DNA of 64,000 bases from Cyanobacteria bacterium P01_A01_bin.123 (GTDB lineage Bacteria; Cyanobacteriota; Cyanobacteriia; Phormidesmidales; Phormidesmidaceae), in assembly GCA_039815185.1 (NCBI GenBank), contig JBCBZT010000020.1:1-64000 (forward strand). Direction: 5' to 3'. The translations under genes and the position numbers were made by a program. The first letter of the stretch is position 1. Every line of letters starts with the position of its first letter. The notes beneath the pieces are model-generated. The model did not search any database and had not been told where the DNA came from. It saw only the letters and a program-made list of their open reading frames with translations. This document shows, one piece after another, positions 41,747-50,375 of this stretch.

Positions 41747-41968
41747 ATGGATAATGAAATCCCTCCCGAAATTCAACGAGATCTCGAAGCCATTGGCATT
41801 AACCAATTGACGAATTTGGGCAACCGGGCAATTGAGTTGGGCTTAATCGCGGGCCATGGTTATCACAAAGGGCAGTACGAATTAATTCGCCAGGGCAAGA
41901 TCTTACTGATGACACCAGACGAAGCCGTTACCTATTTAGTCGATTTGATTCAGGCCGCAGAAGGTTAG
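41747..41968 (+). CDS. Small hypothetical protein (73 aa)
   Basis: ATG at 41747 with plausible globular composition. Confidence 0.55.
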   Translation: MDNEIPPEIQRDLEAIGINQLTNLGNRAIELGLIAGHGYHKGQYELIRQGKILLMTPDEAVTYLVDLIQAAEG

Positions 41969-42079
41969 GATAATGGCCTGACGTGAATGCTTGAAGGCTC
42001 AAAGATGAGTCACCTATTCTGAAATCAAGGCTCGGCTGTCGTAGTTATTAGAGAAATAAAATGCGGCCAAGGGAGGGCT

Positions 42080-42718
42080 TTGTTTGTGACGATTAGACCA
42101 AATGCGTTGGCCTTAAATACAGGACTGACGCTATTGATGCTGGGATGTATACCCATAAATGCGGTTGCAGAAACAACGCAGGTAGAGGGGGATGATGTTC
42201 GCGATCGCGTCTTTGGCTTTACCGTCAATGATGAAATTATCAATCCCCGCTGCCTCGATTTGCTTCAAACCAGCCTGGCTGAAACCACAACAATCATTAT
42301 GCGATCGCTGGTGTTAGACACCTGTCAAACGAGTGAACTGGCCTATGCTGGACTCGATTACGAGGTTCGCGGAGACGATACCATTTTCTACTACGCGAAT
42401 CCTGATGATGGGCGTTCCTATTTTGGTTATCGCGTTTTGGGACGCACCACAGACGATCGATTTGTGGTCTATCACTTGGGGAGCATTGCGCTCTATCAGA
42501 TTGAGACTGAAACCATCGACTTTGATTTCCTCAATCATCAGGCTGAAACGGTGCAGGTGCTAACCAAGCTTAGCGAGTCATTTACGCCGTGTTTCCAATC
42601 AGCAACCATTACCCCTGACGATACATTAACGATCCAAGCCGAACACTACGAGCCCAATGCTCCTCGGGCAGAACAGTGTACAGGCATTTTAGAAACAATA
42701 ACCCATGCCCTCAATTAA
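42080..42718 (+). CDS. Hypothetical exported protein, possible lipoprotein
   Basis: Hydrophobic N-terminus with LMLGC; paired cysteines. Confidence 0.6.
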   Translation: MFVTIRPNALALNTGLTLLMLGCIPINAVAETTQVEGDDVRDRVFGFTVNDEIINPRCLDLLQTSLAETTTIIMRSLVLDTCQTSELAYAGLDYEVRGDDTIFYYANPDDGRSYFGYRVLGRTTDDRFVVYHLGSIALYQIETETIDFDFLNHQAETVQVLTKLSESFTPCFQSATITPDDTLTIQAEHYEPNAPRAEQCTGILETITHALN

Positions 42719-43314
42719 CTGTGAATTCGCGGTTCTGGATGAAGCGTAGCTAGCAAATCGCTTTCCACCTCAGCCATTTCTTCCAGGCGTTGGGTAACCA
42801 CTATACGGTCAAAATAGGTTGTCGCCAACACCCAAAACGTACCGTAATGTCGGGCTTCTGAAGCCATTAAACTCCGGTAAAATTTAGCCAGTTCTGGCTC
42901 TGGACAGTGCTCTCCTAAAAGGCCTAAGCGCTCATGGCTGCGGGCTTCAATCAGTGCAGAAAAAAGCAGTGAATCGAGCATTCGATGCGGTTCTTGGCGA
43001 CGAATTAGCGCCTTTAACCCAGCGGCATAGGGTGGGGCCGATAGCGGTGCCATTGCAATACTACGTTGGGCTAGCCAGCGGTTAACTTGCTCAAAGTGGC
43101 TGAGTTCTTCTTGAGCGATCGCGGTCAGGGCATACACCAACTCCGTACTCGACGGATAGCGAAACATCAGATTCAACGCTGCCGCTGCTGCCTTGCGTTC
43201 GCAGTGAGAATGATCGAGCAAGATGACATCTAGATTGCTCATCGCTTGCTCAACCCACTTCATTGAGGTGGGTGTTTTCAAAAACTTAATCGTCGCTGGA
43301 GCCGTTATTACCAC
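42715..43314 (-). CDS. miaE: tRNA-(ms2io6A) hydroxylase MiaE
   Basis: DHSHCERKAA, EELSHF, LIEARSHER, SEARH di-iron motifs; C-terminal RIHS. Confidence 0.93.
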   Translation of the reverse strand: MVITAPATIKFLKTPTSMKWVEQAMSNLDVILLDHSHCERKAAAAALNLMFRYPSSTELVYALTAIAQEELSHFEQVNRWLAQRSIAMAPLSAPPYAAGLKALIRRQEPHRMLDSLLFSALIEARSHERLGLLGEHCPEPELAKFYRSLMASEARHYGTFWVLATTYFDRIVVTQRLEEMAEVESDLLATLHPEPRIHS

Positions 43315-43358
43315 TTTTGGTCACCACATTTGTCAGCCAAGAAACCGTTATATAGCGC

Positions 43359-43454
43359 TGGCCAGATTGCCTAATGCACCGAGTATCGCTGGGATGTCCA
43401 ACACACAAGCAATCTGGCTCGCCGTAGCGCACAAACTTTTGTGGCTACGGCTAT
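43359..43454 (-). repeat. ~95-bp double-hairpin element, copy 2
   Basis: Reverse complement of 10268-10362 with about a dozen differences. Confidence 0.85.
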
Positions 43455-43606
43455 AAACCCTGACCACATCCAGATTAATAGCTTTTCAACCTTTCCTAAG
43501 CTAAAAATTTCTCCTTTGGAGACGCTGCGCGAACAAATTTTCAAATGGGATGTGATTTAGCTTTCTATTTTACGTCGGCAACCCAACCCGCAGAATAACC
43601 CATCGG

Positions 43607-44050
43607 TTACCCCTGCGATCGCAGATGATGTACCAATGCTTGCAAACCCAAACGGTAACTTTCGACCCCAAATCCAGTAATTTGACCCACTGCTACCGGG
43701 GCAATGTAAGAGTGATGACGAAAGGCTTCTCGACGATGAATATTGCTGAGATGAACTTCTACCGTAGGTAAAGCCACCGCCGCGATCGCATCTCGAATCG
43801 CTACGCTGGTATGGGTGTAAGCCCCAGGGTTAATCAGCAAACCCTGATAAACGCCCATTCCTCGCTGAATGGTATCTACCAGGGTACCTTCGGAATTCGA
43901 TTGAAAGGCCTCGCATTGAACGCTCAGCCGCCTTGACTCGTCGGCTAACATATCATCAACATCTTTCAATGTTTGCCGACCATAAATTTCCGGCTCACGC
44001 TTCCCTAACATGTTGAGGTTAGGGCCGTGAACCACTAGAATTCTAAGCAA
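43607..44050 (-). CDS. aroQ: Type II 3-dehydroquinate dehydratase
   Basis: [46 protein letters not shown]. Confidence 0.97.
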   Translation of the reverse strand: MLRILVVHGPNLNMLGKREPEIYGRQTLKDVDDMLADESRRLSVQCEAFQSNSEGTLVDTIQRGMGVYQGLLINPGAYTHTSVAIRDAIAAVALPTVEVHLSNIHRREAFRHHSYIAPVAVGQITGFGVESYRLGLQALVHHLRSQG

Positions 44051-44089
44051 AGCTTTCGTTTGTCTAAAAAAACAAGCTCGGCTTCAGCA

Positions 44090-44215
44090 CTAGTAATCGT
44101 CAACGGGTACCGGAATTGGCTCCTGCTCTTGCTGAGGCTGTGGGCCAAACAGCGCATCCATTAAGCGCTCTACCCACTCATTCAGCTTATCAAGGGCCTT
44201 TTCAATGTAGTCCAT
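44090..44215 (-). CDS. Small protein (41 aa) not in the ORF track
   Basis: MDYIEKALDKLNEWVERLMDALFGPQPQQEQEPIPVPVDDY*; AAGGAG upstream; just upstream of aroQ on the same strand. Confidence 0.7.
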   Translation of the reverse strand: MDYIEKALDKLNEWVERLMDALFGPQPQQEQEPIPVPVDDY

Positions 44216-44635
44216 CAGACGCAAAACTCCTTAGTTGACGCCGAAAACCCCTCATTCAGACCCAATAGTGATATTGGCGCTGAACAAAGAAAAGATTACA
44301 CCTCAAGCCTTTGAGGCATCTTTAAGATTGTATCCATCATAACGAATCTAGCGAAATGGTCAAGGGGGGGGCGGCAACCCGGAATCTACTAATCATTGAG
44401 ATTTTACCGCTCAACCCCTTGACATGGAGTGCTTAAAGAATTTGCCCTCCTCCCAAGTCTCAAACAGGGTAGAGCCTCACTTTGCCAGAATCATAATACG
44501 CCTTTAGGCGCCAAGCAGTTGATCTAGAGGCATTCCATACCCCTGCCAAGCCGTTCTCTTGCAAATGATGAGATGAAGGGTCTCGCGAACGAATACTCAA
44601 ACAAACAGCTGTTACTCAAATTTTGACTCGTTGAG

Positions 44636-44790
44636 AACCTCAGAAACCCATCTCAAATCTCGGTTAAGTGGCTTGATTTAAAGGCAAACAATACGGCCTA
44701 TAACAGAGTCTAACCTCAGAAACTCATCTCAAATCTTGGTTGAGTAGTTTGCTTTAAAGGTAAACGATACGGCCTATAACAGAGTCCAAC
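44636..44790. repeat. Two-copy 76-bp imperfect tandem repeat
   Basis: 44636-44711 vs 44712-44787, 67/76 identical by manual count. Confidence 0.85.
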
Positions 44791-45357
44791 GCAGGCTTTG
44801 TTACCCGTATTCTTAATGACTCGATGGTAGACCAAACTGATAAAAACTCGGAGATTTAAGTGTATTTACCCAGTCATGTTCGCTTAGACGGCGTCACTAT
44901 TTGTGTTCTTTAAAATACGCATAATGACCGAGCTATTTTACCTTTGTAATTGTCAATACTAACTATTGAAGGCAGGTCAGACTGTTACAAAATGAGGAAT
45001 AGGTCATTAACCATTCAATTAGCTAGTGCTCGATTCCTAGTTTAGGCTTCATCATCTTGAGCCAATAACCGGAAGTTTTTTCAAATTAATGACTAGTGAA
45101 ATGAGAAAACTTGAGACCTGTATCCAAAAGCTTGCAAGACGTTTAATGAATGTCCTGCTTTACCCCTACAGCCGCTTTCCAACGGATGTTCCCCATACAT
45201 CCCATTGAGTCCTCAACCGTCTAGCCCTTGACGATTGACATCAGGACAAGCTGGCTACGGAAGCTGTAACCCTAAACGCTGCAACGATGGCAAGTGCTGT
45301 TTTTCAGTACATGTTTATGCTGCCTCGAATTGTATCTATTTCTTCTTTTACAAGACA

Positions 45358-47940
45358 ATGAAAAGAGCTAATCAACCCAAAAAAATTCAGGGGAAAGTCT
45401 ACCGTACAATTATTGCGGCAGCACTTGCCCTGGGCGGAACACTCCACATGGTCACCGCCGTCCTTGCCGATGGCACGGCAGCAGGCACCCAAATTACCAA
45501 CGAAGCAACCGCGACTTACGAAGACCCCAACGACCCTAACAACACACCCATCACGACCACATCAAACGAAGTGGTGGTTCAGGTCGCTGAAGTAGCCGGT
45601 ATTACCGTCCAACCTGCCGGAATTGAGTTTAATCCAACTGGCGGTGACGCAGACAACGACGGCTTGGTTGAACCCGATGATCAGCTTTACTACATCTATG
45701 AAGTCACCAACGTGGGTAACGACCCCACTGAGTTCTTCATCCCAGATACCGCTGTGGTGACAACCAATAATGGTAGCCAGGACGGCCAGATTGAAATCAG
45801 CTACGATGGCACAACCTGGGGCGATCCTCGCGATACAGGTTTTAACCCAGACGGTGATGGCATTACGGATGCTATTCCTCCAAACGGTAAGGTGCTCGTA
45901 CGGGTACCGATTCAGGTGGCTAGCAATGCTAATCCTGGCGATCCCGTTGAAGTCCGCTTGGGTAACACGCCTGGTGATGGCCAAAACCAAGATTATGTGC
46001 CCAATGGTGTACTCGATGTCTACACCTCAGACGCACCTTTCCCCACCACTGTGGGTGGTGTGGATGAAGTGGATGGTGATCCGGCTAATGGCACCCGCGA
46101 AGCCAGTGCTCGTCAGTCTATCCCGGTTGATTCGACCCTCGATACCCAACCCCTAGTCACCATCGAAAAGATTCTCAGCAACTATGAGGCAAATAACGCA
46201 GCTAGCCTGACTGACGATGAATTGACTTACGAATTGCGGTTCGAGGTTGAGGGGACAGACACTACAGGCAACACCCCTGCCTTTACCCCTGGGCCTTTGT
46301 ATCCCGTCGATGGTATCTCAGTTGATGGCGGCACTGGGTCCCATATTTTGGTATCCGACGCTCTACCCGATCACACCGTGTTGAGTGGGACACCTACTGC
46401 CCCGGCAGGTTGGACCGTAGTTTACAGTGGCACCGCCACTACCACCAATGCCCATGATGCAGATTGGTTTACCAGTTCCACTGCTCCTGGGCTGGGGGGA
46501 ACCATTACCCGGGTTGGTTTCATCAGCGATTCCTCAATTATCTCCCTAGCGCCCACCAGCGTGGTTGAAACCTTCCGGTTTACAGTAGAAACGACTAATG
46601 TACCGACTGGTTTGACCGAAGCAACCTTTGCTAATATCGCGCAAGTCTTTGGTTCTGCGGATCCCGGTGGCGACCCCAACGAACTGGTCAATGATGAATC
46701 GGGTGACAGCACCCCCAGCAACTACAATCCCACTGGCGGTACTGGCGGTACTGGCGGCTTTGACCCACCGAGCGATGGCTACATCCCTGATGACGACGAT
46801 GACGGGGTACCTGACGACATCGATCTGAACGACCCGACCGCAGGTGACGGCACTGACCCCAGCAACACCAACAGCGGTACTGGGACTGGCGGTGAAGCCA
46901 ACATCAAGACCATTGGCTTGCCTTCTAGCTTGGATCTAATCAATGGCCCTGAGAATGAGCCCGAGGCAATTGGCCCCACAGGGACGAATGATGACTTCAC
47001 CAACAAATCTGTCCCGGTTGATCCTGCCGATATCACCTTCGATGCCACCGATAGCCGCGATGAACTCGATCCTGATCCGGTCGATTTTGCCAACACGGTG
47101 CTCAACAACGGCCAAACCACGGGTGACATTACCTTGGTACCCACCCCTCCTGCGGATACCAATGATTTACCCGATGGCACTATCGTCACCATTACCGATC
47201 CCGATGGTGAGACGGCGATTTACGAGTACAACGGCACGACCTTTACCCGCACGGGCGGTACGGCTGGTGGAGATATTGTCATCCCAGATGTGGATCCCAA
47301 TGATGAAGTCACCTACGGTGTCCGGGTAGACTTGCCAGATGGCACCCCCCTCTCCACGGATACCGATGGCACCGGTAATCCAATTGGCGGCTTCCCCGTT
47401 CCGATTACAGCTACGTTGGAAGATGCCGGGGGTAATACAGCCAGCAACATCACGATTGACCAAGTTTACACGGGTTATCTGCAGCTCGCTAAAGAGTCTC
47501 GCATCCTGCAAGGCAGTGGCCCAGCGGTGCAGTCTGGTCAAGGTGACTTCAGCGCCGATCCTAAGAATCCAGCACCGGGCAACATCATTGAATATCGGGT
47601 GACCTACACCAACATCAGTGAAACAGCTTCCGGTAGCAACAACGTGGTGCTCAATGCTGAAAATGTGGTCATCAACGAGGACGGCACCGATGGCGGCAAT
47701 AATTGGGCGCTGGATAACGACAACAACAGTGTGATTGACACCAGCAATGTTCCAGGGTCTGCAACTGACTCTAACGGCGGTACCATCACCTACTACAGCG
47801 GTGCCCCGGCCAATACCCCAACTGGCGATACCTCCGGTTCAGATGCAAATACCGATGTCACTCGCTATGTCGATCAGGTTCCTGGCTTAGTCGGCCCTGG
47901 TGAATCAGGCTCCCTGATTTTCCGCCGCGTGCTGAACTAA
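45358..47940 (+). CDS. Secreted DUF11 (TIGR01451-like) multidomain protein; candidate major pilin
   Basis: Signal peptide ending VLA; N-terminal GTAAGTQITNEATATY..SNEVVVQV; Ig-like domains; C-terminal LAK..PGNIIEYRVTYTN..FRRVLN. Confidence 0.8.
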   Translation: MKRANQPKKIQGKVYRTIIAAALALGGTLHMVTAVLADGTAAGTQITNEATATYEDPNDPNNTPITTTSNEVVVQVAEVAGITVQPAGIEFNPTGGDADNDGLVEPDDQLYYIYEVTNVGNDPTEFFIPDTAVVTTNNGSQDGQIEISYDGTTWGDPRDTGFNPDGDGITDAIPPNGKVLVRVPIQVASNANPGDPVEVRLGNTPGDGQNQDYVPNGVLDVYTSDAPFPTTVGGVDEVDGDPANGTREASARQSIPVDSTLDTQPLVTIEKILSNYEANNAASLTDDELTYELRFEVEGTDTTGNTPAFTPGPLYPVDGISVDGGTGSHILVSDALPDHTVLSGTPTAPAGWTVVYSGTATTTNAHDADWFTSSTAPGLGGTITRVGFISDSSIISLAPTSVVETFRFTVETTNVPTGLTEATFANIAQVFGSADPGGDPNELVNDESGDSTPSNYNPTGGTGGTGGFDPPSDGYIPDDDDDGVPDDIDLNDPTAGDGTDPSNTNSGTGTGGEANIKTIGLPSSLDLINGPENEPEAIGPTGTNDDFTNKSVPVDPADITFDATDSRDELDPDPVDFANTVLNNGQTTGDITLVPTPPADTNDLPDGTIVTITDPDGETAIYEYNGTTFTRTGGTAGGDIVIPDVDPNDEVTYGVRVDLPDGTPLSTDTDGTGNPIGGFPVPITATLEDAGGNTASNITIDQVYTGYLQLAKESRILQGSGPAVQSGQGDFSADPKNPAPGNIIEYRVTYTNISETASGSNNVVLNAENVVINEDGTDGGNNWALDNDNNSVIDTSNVPGSATDSNGGTITYYSGAPANTPTGDTSGSDANTDVTRYVDQVPGLVGPGESGSLIFRRVLN

Positions 47941-47957
47941 CCACCCCACCCCTCAAC

Positions 47958-47986
47958 GGTAGGCAAGTGTCTACGGCTTGCCTACC
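47958..47986 (+). other. Intercistronic stem-loop without a U-tract
   Basis: GGTAGGCAAG-9nt-CTTGCCTACC, 17 nt after the stop. Confidence 0.7.
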
Positions 47987-48035
47987 CCCATTCATTCATT
48001 GCAATTACCCCAAGATTAAACGGAGAACAACTACT

Positions 48036-48593
48036 ATGAAACGTTGGTTTATCGGTCTGGGTGCCCTGGTTCTAGTCGGCTCTGCCCCCTTTATTGGCAC
48101 TCCTGTCTTTGCCCAAATTCAAAAAATCACTGAGTCGATTGTCGAAACGATCCGTCGGCCCGAGGTCAAACTCACCCTAACTGCAGAAAAGCAGATTGTT
48201 GAAGTCAACACTGCTGGAGAACAAGCCACCACTTGGGAAGCGTTGGCAGGTCAAGCCCAGGTATTTCCCGGTGATGTCTTACGTTACACCATTGATGGTG
48301 CCAACTCTGGCGATGTTGAAGCTGAGAACTTGGTTATCAGCCAGGCAATTCCGGCTGAAATGACCTATGTTTTGGCTTCTGCAACCCCTGTAGAAGGGGC
48401 AGAACTGGTCTACAGCATCGATGGCGGCGAAACCTTTGTGGCTGAGCCCATGGTTGAAGTCACCCTGCCCGATGGCACGGTTGAACTCCAACCTGCACCT
48501 GCTGAAGCTTATACCCATGTTCGTTGGAGCTTTGGCGAGTCTTTGGCCTCTGCTAGCTCACTCAAAGTAGCCTACGACGTGCAGGTGAAATAA
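48036..48593 (+). CDS. Small secreted single-DUF11 protein; candidate chaperone or cap
   Basis: Signal peptide ending VFA; PGDVLRYTI..N..AENLVISQAIP..YTHVRW..YDVQVK; GGAG upstream. Confidence 0.85.
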   Translation: MKRWFIGLGALVLVGSAPFIGTPVFAQIQKITESIVETIRRPEVKLTLTAEKQIVEVNTAGEQATTWEALAGQAQVFPGDVLRYTIDGANSGDVEAENLVISQAIPAEMTYVLASATPVEGAELVYSIDGGETFVAEPMVEVTLPDGTVELQPAPAEAYTHVRWSFGESLASASSLKVAYDVQVK

Positions 48594-48860
48594 GTCGGAT
48601 TGAAGCGCGCGATCGCAGCTATTGCTGATTCTGTCTAGCTCTCCGATAGGGCGGTCGTGCGCTTTCCTAACGCTTGCAACCTGCTTAATCAGACTTTTTA
48701 CACAACCTATCGCTATTGACATGGGGTCTCGCTACGAGCTGCTGAAAAAGCTCAAGCCGAAACCTTAGGGGGACTTTGCACGAATTTTTCGCGTTGCCAA
48801 CCAGTGGAACTGGTTTACCCCCATCAGGATTGCCTCGCTCGCGGATCTCAGGGAAACATC

Positions 48861-50375
48861 ATGACCAACCGCTCTCAACATAAACCAAACTGGCTCAAAC
48901 ACCGATGGGTTAAGTACCTGGCGACTGCGCTGCTGGCCTTTGCAATCGTTCAAAATCCGATCGCAACCCTGGCTCAGGTGCAGATACCACTGGTGAACCA
49001 GGCCACTTATGAATATTCTGACCCTGCTAGTGGCAATAACTTTCAAGGCACGTCTCGTGCGATTACCACTCAAACGTCACCGCTGGTTGATCCGCTGGGA
49101 CAAATTCTGGCGTGTAACGGCACTCAGCTTGCTAACTATGCAGGGTTTTCAGTCGCAATTTACGAAGCAGATGCCAGTGGTTTAGAACCTGCCGGTTTGC
49201 TTCCCTTAACCCGTACGGAATTTCCTGATAATCCAGGCAACAACATTCCTGGTGGTAAAGCACCCAATATTGAAAATAGTAATCCCTTCTTCTTAACCAA
49301 TGCGGATCAGGGACGCTACAACTTCTTGTTTGACCCCAATCAAGGTCAGACGGATCCGGGTCAAGTTTACATCTTGGCTGTTGACCCACCCTCAGGTTCA
49401 GAGTTCATCGAGCGCCGCATTCGCATTGAGATTCTGCAGAGTACGGGCGGTTCTAACGGCAGTATTGTGCGCTATCGGGCGACAGCCCTAGATGGTCAGC
49501 CGATCAGTGTGGCTGGGGGCAACCAAATCAGTGACAACGTGGTTGAGGTTCTGGACGCAGAAACTGGGCTGCTGAATCTCTTCTCCCTAGCACTCGGGAC
49601 GGTCATTTGCGAAAACCGACAGATTCAAATCACAAAGTCTGGCGATCGCGCTGCGGCTCAACCGGGTGACACCGCCGTGTATCGACTCGCTATTCGCAAC
49701 CTGGTGGATGTCGATCTCAACACCATCGTTGCGACCGATATACTGCCCTTTGGTTTCCGCTTCTTAGCAGATTCGGTACGGGCTCACATTAACGGCAGCC
49801 CCGTTGCCATTACCCCAGAGGTAAGTCCAGACGGCTTAACGGTGACCTTCAACGCCGAAGCCAGTATTCCCTCAGGTCAAACCCTAAACATTATTTATGC
49901 CGCCAATATTACCCCGGATGCAGTCCGCGGGTCAGCGCGTAACTCGGCAGTGGTGAATGGGATACGGGCAGACAATGGTTTATCGGTCAAAGACGGCCCG
50001 GTAAGTCATCTGATGCGTCTTGACCCCGGTATTCTCAGCGACTGCGGCACATTGATTGGCCGAGTCTTTGTTGACAAAAACTTTGATGGCGAACAGCAGC
50101 CCGGTGAACCCGGTGTGCCCAATGCCGTTGTGTTTTTGGATGACGGCAACCGCATCGTCACCGATGCAGAAGGCCTCTATTCTGTCTCCAACATGCTGCC
50201 GGGATACCGCACCGGTGCCCTCGATTTAAGCAGCCTACCGGGTTATACCCTCGCCCCCAACCTCTATTTCAGAGAACGCAATAGTCAGTCACGGCTTGTG
50301 CATCTAGCACCGGGTGGCATGGTCCGCATGAACTTTGCGGTCACCCCCACCTTCCAGGAGGAAAATCAGTCATGA
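48861..50375 (+). CDS. Secreted DUF11 + SdrD-B-like protein; candidate base/anchor subunit
   Basis: Signal peptide; LVNQATYEY; ITKSGD..PGDTAVYRL..TDILP..RNSAVV; GRVFVDKNFDGEQQPGEPGV. Confidence 0.85.
   Translation: MTNRSQHKPNWLKHRWVKYLATALLAFAIVQNPIATLAQVQIPLVNQATYEYSDPASGNNFQGTSRAITTQTSPLVDPLGQILACNGTQLANYAGFSVAIYEADASGLEPAGLLPLTRTEFPDNPGNNIPGGKAPNIENSNPFFLTNADQGRYNFLFDPNQGQTDPGQVYILAVDPPSGSEFIERRIRIEILQSTGGSNGSIVRYRATALDGQPISVAGGNQISDNVVEVLDAETGLLNLFSLALGTVICENRQIQITKSGDRAAAQPGDTAVYRLAIRNLVDVDLNTIVATDILPFGFRFLADSVRAHINGSPVAITPEVSPDGLTVTFNAEASIPSGQTLNIIYAANITPDAVRGSARNSAVVNGIRADNGLSVKDGPVSHLMRLDPGILSDCGTLIGRVFVDKNFDGEQQPGEPGVPNAVVFLDDGNRIVTDAEGLYSVSNMLPGYRTGALDLSSLPGYTLAPNLYFRERNSQSRLVHLAPGGMVRMNFAVTPTFQEENQS

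Noticed and set aside
44636..44790. Possible CRISPR mini-array
   Set aside because: The whole 76-bp unit is duplicated with no unique spacers, and there are no cas genes in the window
45235..45357. Cys-rich N-terminal extension of the 901-aa ORF and a CCTAA..ATGG tetraloop-receptor-like motif
   Set aside because: The signal peptide indicates a start at 45358; other riboswitch elements (GNRA-capped stem, GCAAA) are not evident
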